NCBI GenBank assembly: GCA_964187785.1
Contig: OZ076410.1
Span: forward strand, 17,732,001-17,796,000
Source: Amphiscolops sp. MND2022
Taxonomy: Eukaryota
DNA: 64,000 bases
Direction of reading: 5' to 3'
Positions 22,917 to 35,859 of this stretch are shown here, piece after piece. Within the stretch, counting starts at the first letter, position 1. Every line of letters starts with the position of its first letter. The notes under the pieces were generated by a model. It saw only the letters and a list, made by a program, of their open reading frames with translations, was not told the DNA's origin and searched no databases. Both the position numbers and the translations under genes were made by a program.

Positions 22917-25540
22917 CTCAACGCTGCGGCTGTAGATTGGAATTGGCGTTTCGTTTTTCCAGATGGACCATTTATCTTAGAAGTCATGCACTTTTGGGGT
23001 GCTTTAGTGACTCCCGCTGCATGCTTTGAACTGTAATCCAACCACAGGAAACAAAAAAGTAAACAAAACTCATGTAGACGTCTACGTAGAATGTATAGTG
23101 TGAAAAAAAATCAAAAAATTAGCACGAATCTGCAACTGTTAGTCACGGTGGAAATCTCGAATTTGCGAAGTGGGAATTTTATGAAAGACCCAACTCAGAC
23201 CTTAAGTAACGAAATGAGGGGAAAAAAAGTTTAATACCTCATGAGTTTGATGAATTTCGGTGACGTAAGTTGCTCACCAAAGTCCACATTCTTCATCAAA
23301 ACATTGCAAGAGTTTTCCGGTTTTCAAAAGTTTCGAGAAAGTCAGCATTGTCTGTTTGGCACTTGATTAAAGAATCGGTACTAGTAGTGGATTTAAGAGA
23401 AGATTCAGTGTGTTTGCAGTGAGACTCGGAGAATAATTGTATGTTACTTAGAGTACTTAAAGTTTGAATGTCGACTATCAAACCACTAAACAAAAATCGG
23501 TTTTGTTCCAGGCGAAGTTGACCGGGCAGTTTTTTGATCTATTAGGTTGAAAATTTGATTTTTGGATAATCAGAAGAACTGCATAATTCGAAATAGAATC
23601 ACTATAATCACCGGTTTGTGTTAAGTGACCGGGTTGTGTATAGCAATGGATGGTGCCTCCCACGATGATGATCATCATTACAAGCCACACTCACGCTGGC
23701 ATCATTCATTCAATATTCATTCTGGCATCTACTTCCAATCATCGAGTAATGACGATCAATATTCAATGATTGGGTAATGATGCCAGAAAGAATATTGGTT
23801 GAATTTGTCAGTGTGTATCGTCACGGTAATGAGGATGATTAATCATTTAGCAATATTTGAGTCTCTTTAATTGAATTTAAAAGTAAACTCTAGTGGTGAG
23901 AAATAATTTGAATAATCTTTCGACACTTGGTATAATCGAAAAGACAATAAGTTTTATATTCATCATTTGAAATGAATCCTTCGTCACGTTCAGACCTTCA
24001 TTTAATTGAAATTTCCCAAACTGTATTGTTGCAACATTAACCATATCAAACACCGTAAGACTTCGATTCAGCTAGAGTTTACTGATCTACTGAATTTGAA
24101 AATCAAAGTGTACTTTTCCAAAATGCTGAATTCTTCTTTTTCTCTAACAATATTTTCCCAAAATTCTGTTAACATTGCTCTCGAACATATTGTTGACCGC
24201 CAATTAAATGATGATGGAATTTTCCATGAAGAAGTTTTCCATGAACTCGCGCCTGATCCTGCTCTGACATGTCAGACCTCTCATCCTCTCACTGAGGCTG
24301 ATATATATGACTTCGTTCCGTCGAACTTATCAATGCCAGGAACAACTGACGTTCACCCGGGTATAACAATTTTAAGTAGTTTAAATGTTTTCACGGAAAT
24401 CTAAAACTGTCCGAAGTTTTCGGCAATATTTTCTGCTACTTTATGGCTGTTAATTCTGAATCTAAGTAGAGTAAGGAGGTCGAAAATTGTGAAAGATTGA
24501 AAATAAACGTAATTTTAGCTCACGCAAAACAATGCTTACGTGAAATGTTTTATAGTCTTTGAGATTTGTCATAAAACATTGCTAAAAACAGTTTACCAGC
24601 TGTTTTCCGCGTGGATTGAGTGTTCTATTGAGAGTTCCAGTTACGTAGAGAACTTTGATCCTGACGTAAAACAACCAGACAACGTAAAATAGTATTTAGT
24701 TCAGACGCCTAAAGTATTAACACTCAATGTCAGTAGTTCAAATTTTTGACTGTTTTACGGTGTCAGATAGTTTTCCGACAGGAACAAAGTGCTCTACATA
24801 ACTGGGCAGCGTAACTTTTATGCTCACAATTGCAAACTTCACATCTCAATAACATGACAAAATCCAGGACAACAAAACACTGTTAAAAAAGTTTCTCACA
24901 ATATTGTAAACCTGGACAAAATTTCATCATTTTGCGTTTTTCTCTCAAATTTCACAAAGTTGAGTTGAAGTTTCTGAACAATTTATGGTCATATTTGCCT
25001 CCAAATCTCCTGATCCTGCCAACATAACTCGGTTGAAAAATTTTTTTGATATCAAAGTCATCAAAGTTTTAAAGACGTTCCAAATACATGTGTTGCAGTG
25101 TTCAAAAAATAGTTCAAAAGTACTTTAATCTGCTTTCAGACCAATTTTCTGTTTGTACATAACTGAAATTCTGGTTAGTTTTACTGGAATAAGTTCATGT
25201 CTTGTAATGGAGCTCATTCCAGGGACCAAAATTTTGAAATCACCCGAAGGACTTCGAAATTGTTCTGCAATGAATGGATGTTTCCTAGCTAATTTAGGGA
25301 AACCAATGAGCAAGCGATTCAGTGTAGGATAAAAATTAAAATTGTTTGGATGACTGAATGAACAATGAGCAAACGAATTAGTGTAGGATGAAAAGTAGAT
25401 TGTTTGGATGACAGAAGGAAGTCACTTTTAAAAAAGTCCTTGGATATCTCTAATTTTCCTCATTTAAAAAACAGATCTATTCCGGAGAATATAATAGTTT
25501 TTGAAATTCAAATCCAATTCCTGCTTCATAACGCAAAAAC

Positions 25541-25720
25541 GGACCTTTTCTGTTAATCCCCCACAGTAAACGCGGAATTTTCAATTCCCCGCCATTATTA
25601 GTGATGAGTTCAGTTGCAGTTAGAATTAAGAGATACTGCAATTTGAAACGCTGTTACTAATAATTCAATGATAATTTCAATTGACCGCTCACCAGGGGTA
25701 GGGATTTACAGAGGAGATCC
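25541..25720. mobile_element. Free-standing 180-bp MITE whose TIRs resemble those of the intron-forming element
   Basis: Left GGACCTTTTCTGTTAATCCC versus reverse complement of right end GGATCTCCTCTGTAAATCCC (16/20); both resemble the intron TIR GGATCTTTTCTGTAACCCC. No clean TSD. Confidence 0.55.
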
Positions 25721-27059
25721 CAGAAACAAAAGAATTCCAACGGTAAATTTCCAACTAACATAAGGGCAAATAACAAATACAAAATTAGTTTCAAATAACA
25801 CAAAGAATATGAAAAGAATTAATCCGGAAATATAAAATTAATTAAAATCGAAATGTTTCAGTATTCAAAAGCATTCACAATTCAAAAGATTCACCACAAA
25901 AGTGTGGAAAATACAGATAACATTTTCTTAGTTCGATTGTTTAACCGGGTGTTCGGTTTTATTCTTATGTTGTTTGAAACTAATTTCATTTTTGTTATTT
26001 GAAACTAATTATGTTTTTTTGTTGATTGCTCTAATGTTATTTGGTACAGTGGTGATTTTGAAAAGCAACAATGGCAAATCTCGAAACGAATATTTCTAAA
26101 ACAGCAGCAATTTTTGAAAACAGACAAAAGTGAAAGATTCACAAATTTTTATCTAGTTTACAAATATGTTTATTTTGGTCAATTTTTGGTCGGTATTTCA
26201 GAGAAATTTCATAAGCAATCGACTTCCCTGGTATAACCGAAGCCCTCGATATGTTTTGATTTAGAAATCGTTGTGAATTGGTAGACAACATACGTTGTAG
26301 AACAGACCTAAAAATACATGTATGGTTTTGAACTTATCAACTTGAAACAAGCTCATACAGATACAGTTTAGATAATTTTCAAGAAAAGGTTACATTGTCA
26401 GATTCGAAATAATTGAGAGAATTTGTCTGTCGAAAAAAATTGTAAGTGGATCAAAAATTCAAAACAACCGAAAACTGGTGTTTTGGAAATCGCTCTCAAC
26501 CAATGATATGTTTGTTTAATTACTTTCTTTCCGCGTGATATGTTGCTTCATCTAGAATCACTACTGTAATAGTTTCCAGTTGTCACCAACCACGCACTGT
26601 TTTCTTTGCTTCTCCTTTGGCCTCCGTTTGCAAACTTCCAGCCTGGAGAGGAAGCTCAGCTGAGCTTTTCCACAAGTGTTGTTCAACGAACCTAAAGAAA
26701 TCTGAAATTTTGAACATACATGTACTGTTGAATGCTCTAATAATATCAAAACGAGCCACATCACAGTAAAGTGGATTTCAGACACGCAGTGTAATCTGTT
26801 TACTCCATAGAATGGCCATTCATTGTATGTCAGTCAAAATGGTCTACGAAGTATGAATACAAAGAATTGTATCAGTATGAATAAAATGAGTATTCCTTTC
26901 TGTATAAAATTATCAATCGATGTTTTCGATTTTCATTCATTGTTATAAATGCGACACATGTTATTAATTCAAAACACATTGATGTCATTCAGCCAACCCT
27001 ATAAGCAATCATGTTCCGTTTTCCAGGAAAAATCTCAGTAAAAAAAGATAATTGTATTT

Positions 27060-27956
27060 TAAGGTAATCAAACTCCAGTACGGAATCCACCAGGCGATCA
27101 TGGGTAGACTGAGATTTCCAGTGCCCCGCTTCTAACAGGCCCAGGATTTGTTAACCCCCATTCAACTCCACATCCAAACCATGCGTCTTCCTCGAGGAAC
27201 TTCGTCGCTCCATTGAGCTCAATCGATGCCGCAATTCGGACTATCCGTCTCCCCTCGAATCTCTGCCAGCGGCCGAGGATGCAAGTGATTGTGGCGAACT
27301 GTGGCAATGGGCAGAAAGACAATCTTATGTCGAGCATCTGCTGCAAGCTGACCGCGTTCCTTAAAAAGAAGAAGCCATGCTTGTGTTCCAGTCTCTCGTG
27401 ATCATCTGGTGTGTCATCAATTGTTACCCTGCCCGACTGCTCAAGAAGTTCATGTGTATGACTTTGTGAACTTCTTCAGTAAAGGAAAAGGTCAACATGT
27501 TTGTGCTGTGACTGATGGAAGTAAGTACAAATTTAGGGGTTTTGAAGTTCAGCGAATTCGAGAAAAAGTGATTACTTTTCATATCAAACATGACCCCCAT
27601 TTTGGATAGATGCATTTGACGTTCTGAAAGGAAGTTTTCTCACAGCACTCCTAGATTCGACTTTGCAAGAAGTAACCCAGTCGATATTTTACAACCCAAA
27701 TAGAAAAAAAATGAATGCTACCAGAGTGTGTGAGAACTTTCAAAACAAAATGAACGCAGCCCACAGGAAGCCAAAAAGAGGACTCGTCTACGAGCCAAGT
27801 CCAGAACATCTCGAAACTGATGCAACCCCAAGTCCATCTGTGGAAGTGGCAAGTTCACCAACCAACACCCCCCGATTCCGATTCAGCAGCTCAAAGACGG
27901 TTGACGCATGTAGAAATGACTGCCAAGTGCCGACTTCAAAAAAGCAACTGTTCTAA
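27060..27956 (+). pseudogene. Decayed ORF of ~300 codons, unknown family
   Basis: Protein-like segments in shifting frames (LEELRRSIELNRC.., FVNFFSKGKGQHVCAVTDG.., QEVTQSIFYNPNRKK..). Confidence 0.4.
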
Positions 27957-28130
27957 TCCAGTGATAGTTTTGCCAGTATCAATTCAGTAAGTTGACTCTT
28001 TTGTTATCCATCGTGCGCACTGGAAAAAGTTTTTGGTTTAAATTGTGGTCCCTGTCGTGAGCACATCTGAAACTTTCTAATGATTCCATTTGGTTTTGGT
28101 TACGACTTCCATTAAAATTTTCGTTAGAGT

Positions 28131-28750
28131 ATGGAAATTGACGTTTTTTTGAAAGAAACACCTACAAAACAATAGTTCTTGATTTATGGTCTTTTTCGGG
28201 TGAAAAAAACTTCCATCCTCAAAATAATCCCAAAGACACTATCCAACTCAACCGTCCAGACCAACTCAACCGTCCAGAGAACGCTGACCGAAGTTCGTCC
28301 GCAATCGTGGCTGGTCTGATCATGCAAGAAATTTAGACAACACGATGTTAGCGTGGAAACCTTCAATTACCGAGGTTAGACAAAACACTAGACGTGCAGC
28401 ACCTGAAGCAATTAAGACGGATCTCGGAAGAGGCGAGAGCACTTTTGTTTGGAAGCTGACATCAACTTTTTGAACACTTCGAAAATCAGTTAGGTACAAT
28501 TGCAACCAAGAGGGGCACTTCCTCCAAGTTCGTTCCGAAATATTGTTCGAAAATGGTTCTGTCGGTCGAGGAGTGGTCACAACAGCCTCTATCAAAAACT
28601 TGGAAGTAGTTGGTCACTACCACACAGACCTTGTCATGGACCACACACCCTTTTTGCTTCGATTACAATGATCCAGCTTGCAGGGTGGAGTTTACCTTCC
28701 GACCCCTTTGGTGCCACATAATCCACACCGGCCCCAGGAACATCTACTAG
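28131..28750 (+). pseudogene. Decayed ORF, unknown family
   Basis: ATG at 28131 follows TTTTCGTTAG; protein-like frame LKQLRRISEEARALLFG..LFEHFENQLGTIA..CRVEFTFRPLWCHIIH contains isolated stops. Confidence 0.3.
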
Positions 28751-28839
28751 TGAATCTGAAAAAGGGACCTCTAGTAGTAACTACCAAGTGACCGAGACGC
28801 CTGAAAGTGCTACCCTCTTTTGAACTTGTGATCTTTGGA

Positions 28840-29021
28840 CAGTACAGTGATTAAAAAAGTTGTCCGCCTTTGCACTGAGCACCACTTAAAAAGGCAAGTT
28901 TGCTCCCTAATAATCCCTAATTCGCTCAAAATTAGCCCCTGGAAAATTTCATTAAAATTTTTGAGCAGTTACAAAATAACGGGCCTGAAATAGCCGGGGA
29001 CTTTTTTGAATCAGTGTACTG
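28840..29021. mobile_element. Tc1/mariner-type MITE (CAGT..ACTG ends, TA on the right)
   Basis: Left CAGTACAGTGATTAAAAAAGT versus right ACTTTTTTGAATCAGTGTACTG|TA; a related right end lies near 45090-45121. Confidence 0.7.
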
Positions 29022-29620
29022 TATATACAATTTTTGATTTTTCAAAGAAACGTTATAATTTGAAACATTCAACTGATTTTTGACATATACTCAAGATTTA
29101 TTGTTGACATATATTTGAAACTTTCAACAATGACCTTTTGTTTCCTAAGATACTATTCTTTCTTCCTTATTCGATCTCCTTCCGAAGATACTAGTGGAGT
29201 CATTCATATTATCAAAATCATTGATTGTTGCAGTATAAGAAATAACTTGAGTGATAAAATTGTTCCTATGACATTATTGTTTGAAAAATTAAGTTTTGAA
29301 ATAAATTCCGGGTCACGTGTTTTTTCTGGGGATAACGCTTTTTTCGCATAGCGAGACAACACGGTAAAATGGATTTCTGTCACGCAACTGTTTACTCCCG
29401 GACGTTCCAAGCGGACTATAAAACGGACAGTTTGAGACTTTTTGCAGTATTATTTTCTTTGAAGTCACCACACTTTTCTTTGAAGCATATCAAGGCAGTT
29501 TGCAATTTGTTTTCTCCCACTTCTGGTGGCGGTCATAACTTGTTTTCATATTCATTACAGCAAGTATTATCGTTTTTTTGATTTGTGTTTTAATATTTGC
29601 CTAAACTTTTTGTATTTCAG

Positions 29621-29785
29621 ACCCAAATGATACAAAAACCATTCATCACTTATGCTGGCATCAACTACGTGAAACTTATTCAACTGGACGTCTTGTCCCG
29701 AGTGTGTTCCTGCGACGAGGCATTGGCTCTCTGCCTCCCAATGATCACAGGAAGGTTACGGAGTTCCTCAAGAAGCATTTGAAGG
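29621..29785 (+). CDS. Isolated candidate exon (symmetrical, phase 1-1), unknown gene
   Basis: Acceptor TTTGTATTTCAG, 165 nt open (PNDTKTIHHLCWHQLRETYSTGRLVPSVFLRRGIG..FLKKHLK), weak donor GTTCAT; no partner exons identified. Confidence 0.25.
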
Positions 29786-29909
29786 GTTCATTTTGTTCTT
29801 TCGTTTTCCAATCAAAAACGTAGCTAGAGTAGATTTTGGTAAAATTGAAGGTTATTTTGATTGAATTGGAAATTATGATAAATGGAATGCACTTAGCCAT
29901 ATTTTTGTA

Positions 29910-30820
29910 GGTGATCGTTTATGACGCGTTTTGGTTCATGATTGTTGCAGAACTGAATATTAACTTCCCGAATGTGTACAAACCTCATGGAATCAAAGAA
30001 ATGTCTTCTTTGTTGGGCTAAGACGTGTTCGATTTATTGATAATATCTGCACCCCCAACCATATTTTCCTGGACGACTGAAAGAGTTGGCTATATACGTC
30101 AGTTTTTCACTTCGATGCCCATTCCAGACCGAACATCTTTTTCAACAATTGACACAGTTTTTCCACGACAGTCATCCCCGAAAGGATCCTCCTCAACTTT
30201 GGCAAGAGACGTTTCGCTGCAGAATGTTTGAAGATCTTCTATGAAGACCCTATCGGAATCAGAAGATGCACTGGATGTTTTATTGAAATTCTCAAGCAGT
30301 TTTCAATAGTCAAACATGAAAAGAAAAAAAACACCTCAGTTCATAATTTTTTCCATCTTTTTCTGCCAAACTCGTTTTGCCTTGACAGGGAAGACATTCA
30401 AATCGAGATTCAATTCCTACTTACACTGAATAATCCCCAGGATCTCTTAGTCAAAGTAAGTCGACTTATACAATGCCCTTTCATCAGAGCAACGATTCTC
30501 CCTCGAGATGTGAACTCAAAACAATCACATGTAACTTGAACGACAATTTCAGATCAATACACACTCCCGAAAGAACACCCACTGGGTTCCGTGTAAATCT
30601 TGTGGCTTTTGTTAAATTCGTTGCCTACAATTTGTCTATCCAGACCAGTTCAGTAGGCTTGAGAGTAGACATTTATAGAGACGCAATGTCTCGCGGCAAA
30701 GAAGACGTCGTACGAATGGCATTCCGATTTTTGCAAAGTGGCATCGATACTGAGCAATCCTCTACCCATGTCTTCACGTTTGCTGTGTTTGATTCGAGTC
30801 ATTCAAAGTTTACTTTATAA
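29910..30820 (+). pseudogene. Decayed long ORF, unknown family
   Basis: A protein-like frame runs through ..IPERILLNFGKRRFAAECLKIFYEDPIGIRRCTGCFIEILKQ.. with sparse stops. Confidence 0.35.
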
Positions 30821-30880
30821 GATCGAAACTTGATTTCTTTTGCGAGCCACAACAAAATGTTCATTGAAAATCATGCGAAT

Positions 30881-31165
30881 CTTGATCCCTGTCGTGGGCT
30901 ACACTTGAAAGTTTGATGGGAACGCAAATCTAACTTTGGTCCCTGTCGTGAGCTACACTTCATAGGTCAGTGGGAACGCAAAACTAAATTTTGTCCCTGT
31001 CTTAGGCTACTCTTGAAAGTTTAGTGGGAACGCAAACATAACTTTGGTCCCTTCCCTGTCGTGAGCTACACTTGATAGTTTAGCGGGAATGCAAAACTAA
31101 ACTTTGTCTCTGTCGTGAGCTACACTGAATTGTTTAGTGGGAACACAAAACAAATTTTGGTCCAT
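30881..31165 (+). repeat. Tandem array of five ~54-bp units, each carrying the TTTGGTCCCTGTCGTGAGC motif
   Basis: Units start near 30881, 30934, 30988, 31042 and 31102; consensus TTTGGTCCCTGTCGTGAGCTACACTTGAAAGTTTAGTGGGAACGCAAAACTAA. Confidence 0.9.
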
Positions 31166-31266
31166 TTTCAGCAGCACTGGATTGTTTTGTCACAAAACAA
31201 AAGTTTTTCCCTGTTCGGAAGTGAGAAACGTGATGTTGGAATAATAATTTCTGGAATGTTTTCCAG

Positions 31267-33000
31267 GGTAAAGATGTGCGAATCCACATGGAATACAACC
31301 TCGCCATGTCAGAAGTGCTTGGACGTCCTGGATGTCTATACAAGGAAACAAAGGCTTTACATGACGAAGGTGTTATACTGAGTTGTTCCGGTGACTCACC
31401 ATTCCAACTGCGTTTGTTGAAAGGTGTTAGCAGTGATGTTTCTTGTCTGTCAAAGATGTGACTTTATATCAGTGATCCTGCAGATATTCCGACTCTACCA
31501 CTGAAACAGACAAGAAAGGACATTGCTGATTATAAGAGAGAAATTGAAGTAAGGGTTGTGATTCCTCCGTCAGCTGTCGACTATGCTAATGGTCGAAGAA
31601 AAGAATTGATCATTGTTATCAGCGAACGAATCCCATAAGATTCTCCCATTGTTCTCTAATCCACTTTCAATACCTGTCCTTATCTGCTGCATATGATTGT
31701 TCGTTCAGTCGAAAGTGACATGAAGTTACATGTGGACCTGATGTTACAGTTGAAATACCATGCAGCAATATCTTGACTCGAATGTAACATAACGGAACGG
31801 AAGGTGAAACCGCCGAGATTCAAGTTTGAGATCGTGGAACACTCTGCAAGGCTGTATCTCAGTTTCAAAGACGCAGAAGTAATAATATCTGAATGGACCA
31901 GAATCAGTGACCATGGCCGATCAAACTGCACAGTTTTTGAAGATGTCTATTCATTCGAAAAACCTCATGTCTGCAAAGCTGAACAAACAAGCTCAACAAC
32001 GTCTAATCATGTGTTGATTTCATTAGTTGTTGGGATGGAGAAATCTTTCACAAAAGGAATGAGCATTTCTGTTCGGCAACTGGCTGACCTCCAATTCCGA
32101 TCTCTGTACCAGTTACTCGATTTGCTTCGACAGAGAGAATTGAGGCTCGGAGACATTCCAAAGCGCAAAGATCTTCACGAGATGTTTTACCACTCAACTT
32201 TGTCTTTTCTGTGATTGAGCGTAGATGCCATACAAACTGAAATTGGATTTGTTACTCAGACTTTTTGAGAAGGGTGAGCTTCTATCTCCATTTTTCACAT
32301 GACAGAAGGTACTGAAAAAAGACACCATACTGCAGCTAAAGACAACAATACGAAGACAATGCGTGATGGTGGTGATGATGCTTGGAACATGTCATCCAGT
32401 TATCTCGATTTTCGGTTTTCCTTCTACCGTGCATTTGATTTGTGTTCATCGAAGTTTGCGACACATGAACCTTACCTGAAGTCGTATGGAAAAACAAAGA
32501 TGAATCTTGATATTTGCGGTGAACACATTCCAGAACCCGAACTTGACTATTTTAGGACTGAGGACATGTTTAGAGGTATGACTTTGTTAATCGTTGATCA
32601 TATGGTCACATGAAGAAAACTCAAGCAAGTCTTGAAAAGAAGATAACCGAAAATAGAGGAAATGTTGTTTCCAATGTACTTATCATCAACAGGAGCAGGC
32701 TGAAATTTTTGAGTTTATCATTATTGCATTTACCAAATTGTGATTGTCTCGACGCATTCATCAATTGTTAACCAGGTACAGAATTAGCTGCAACGAAGGT
32801 ACTTTCCAATATAATTCGCGGCAACTGGATTTACGTGATCTGTGAATTTGTAATGGCCTGTATACATAAGAAATCCTTGATTGATCCCAAAGATTATGTT
32901 TTCGAAGTAGATGAATCTGCGACAGCCAAACTCAAAACGATGAAGTACATGTCTTTGGCACCGCAAGTACGTCGTCTATCAAACCCCTAAAACTTGGTTC
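31267..33000 (+). pseudogene. Decayed large ORF (at least 450 codons), unknown family
   Basis: ORF-track entries 31276, 31804 and 32299 are all in the same frame; only 8 in-frame stops between 31276 and 32613; continues after a frameshift. Confidence 0.55.
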
Positions 33001-33112
33001 AATAAACTACCATGCTGCAATGCGGAAATATACTAAAATATATTCACTAAAAAGGGCTGCCTTGAAGAAGAAAGACGAAGTGTAATGCGGACTCAGACAT
33101 TATTCTTTTTGT

Positions 33113-33330
33113 CAGACAAGGTCCATCCGACCGCTTCATAATCTTTTCAGTTCATATCCAAAACTTATTCATTCTATCAGAAAAGGTCCCTTCGGTCGCT
33201 TCATTATAATTTCAGTACAAAACCTAACTTATTGATATTGTCCGACAAGGTCCCTTCGACCGCTTCGTTCTTTCCGTGCAGATCTAAAACTTACCTATTT
33301 TATCAGACAAGGTCCTTTTGATCCCTTCAT
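33113..33330 (+). repeat. Tandem repeat, about 4 x 63-66 bp, core CAGACAAGGTCCCTTCGACCGCTTC
   Basis: The core recurs near 33113, 33177, 33242 and 33304. Confidence 0.75.
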
Positions 33331-34079
33331 TTTCATTGTTTTTTGTTTTATCATGATTATGAAGTCATTGTAATGCAGATCTAGAATATATTTTTCTTCA
33401 AGTTCACATTGATCGCCTATTTATTGCCGTTCCAGTCTATACTTTCATACTCACATCTTTTCACTTTTTTTAAAATTCTAACAGTCGAAATTTTGATACC
33501 CGTCGTGAGCGCAATTTTTGAAAGCATCAAGATGACAATCATTTTATTGTTTTTTTTAATACAATTGTGGATTGTGTTTAAAAATGTGTGACTTCCTGGT
33601 ATCTTTTTCAGTTGATATCAAATATCAACGCTACCGACTAGTAGTAGTACCTGAATGGCGTCTCATCAGAAGACATCGAAGAAGATCCCCAGTGCCGAAA
33701 TTCGATAACATGAAAAGATTTCAAAACAAAACTTTTGTGACCAAGCTGTGACGTTTTGCTAATTTCTCTTATGAAAAGATCGAATCTGACATGGAATTGG
33801 TTTCAGGCACTTGTTACGTTGTGGACAACCTGTTCAACATCCAGCGCCACCGCCTTGTCCGTCCCCGAATGCCACGAGAGCAATTCGAGCTGATTTAGAG
33901 AACATGCCAGCTCTGCCGCCAAATATTTTCTGCTAAGAAGCTGAAGTGCCTTTCCTAACTTCATTTTTTCCTTAATCTAATCTATTGAATGATTTTATTG
34001 ACCATTTTATACTCAAAACACAGCGCGCAGTGACTGGAATCCATTTTATCGGAATCCATTAATAGAGTTTTCGCGAGTT

Positions 34080-34516
34080 TCGCGTTGTCCAATTTGCCCA
34101 GAATTCAGCAACGAGAGACGCGTTTATAATCTTTGTTCGCACAAAGACTTCGTAAACGATGTTAGTGTCACTGTGTTCACGGAGGAGGCCTCACAAAAGG
34201 CATATCTTCTTTGCCCCAAGCTTTGCTTCAGACAGAGGAACTGGCTTATGGACGAGGACGGTGCGAGTGTCCCGAAAGAAGCAATTTTGTGAAGTGCCTA
34301 AATTTTTTGTGCCGAAGACCTGATGTTGACGAACCCAACCGTGATGTTTTCATCAGCTATGTGGAAGTCATCACGTATGTTCACCAGCGACCGTCACAGT
34401 CTGTCAGAGGCTTGCAAAAGGTGCCAGAGAGAAAAACCCTCGTTCAAGTTTTGGTAAGTTTGTTTTTCAGTTCCAGACTGGCTGATTCAATGATCAACCA
34501 TGCTCATGACTGGTAA
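34080..34516 (+). pseudogene. Cys-rich decayed ORF, unknown family
   Basis: CPICPEFSNERRVYNLCSHKDFVND..LLCPKLCFRQRNW followed by the ORF-track entry 34211-34516 in another frame. Confidence 0.25.
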
Positions 34517-35859
34517 ACAAAGTCAATGTTTTCGTTTCAGAATTCAGGCCATCCACTGATCGCTACATTGCTTCGATCATTAGCCACCCTGTCGCTGTAT
34601 ACAGTTATGCTACTTGATCATAATGTTACCTTTCTTGTCTCCGAGTTTTTTATTGTGGTCAGTAAACTGTACACGATATACAGAAAATGTATGGCTTTTT
34701 CGTTTAACAAAATATGCTTATACCACTACACGACAAGAATACGATCTGAAAAAATTTTAAATTCTTCGGCGAAATCCGAATCGATTCGAAATTGTCACCA
34801 AGTATGAAAAAACTGCTTTTGACTACGAAATGACGCTTCTCAAATGCTCACGGTATTTTTTGTTGAAATAATTGGCATAATCTTACAGCATATGATTACG
34901 CATTTATCGAATAAAAGTTTTAATTGTGAAACGACTTGTTGTTGTTGGCCAATATTAATGTGTACTATTTACTTCCTTTTTATAATACATTTGTACCGTC
35001 TTGAGCTTTTGTAATTTTGTAACATTCTGGATTGTATCGTTTTGTGTTACGAAGAATAAAAAAACATCTCTCGTCGGTAAGGTCGGGTCGTTGCTTCCAA
35101 ATTAAAATTACATGTAGATATTAGAAACATCAATGGCCGCCGGAAATAATTGGGTCACCACAGGGGAGTTTTAAATAACTTTGCCTTTGTGCTTCCTTGC
35201 TTTGTATGTTTTCCCTTTCAGTAAAACCACGGTCTGAAGCAAAAGTACCTTTAAGAAGCAGAATAGCAGTGTTGAGGGCTGTTTTATTATAGGTAGTACT
35301 GTTTAATATCTGATATGAATCTTTCATAGAAACAACTGTAATACATAGTGAGATATGTTTGAGGATGAAACAGTAGTGTTTTTGTTAGTCAATTGATCAA
35401 TATACTAATTTAAACTAGATTAAATTCTAACAAACTTTCATTTTTGACGTCTCACAATTTTCAATTGATGCCTTGCAAATTGAGCCTAGAATCGCTCGAG
35501 GAAGTTTCTTTAATCACATTACTGTAGCTCTCGTCCAGTGAAATAAACGTGTGGGCCTCGATTAGCCAACGATATGTTTGTTCTTTCCGGGTGTTTTGTT
35601 GTTTTTCAAAAGTTGGCGAAATCATTTGATGTAGAATCGAGTTATTCTATTACCTTTTGACAAGGGACATAAGTACAGGTAGCTGATGGTCTCCGTCGGT
35701 ATCAATTTTGAAACATGGTTTACAGTGGACCTAATGAGAGCATCTTTGGTGTAATAAACCTCAAAAAAAGTTCAAGTTGGAGTCAACGTTAGAAACATGT
35801 ATTTGACTTTTTAAATGAAATGTGAATATTAAAAAACTGAATGTTTTGAGATTTGTTTC

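Noticed and set aside
30881-31165. CRISPR-like repeat-spacer appearance
   Set aside because: The spacers are homologous to each other (a plain tandem repeat), there are no cas genes, and the context is eukaryotic.
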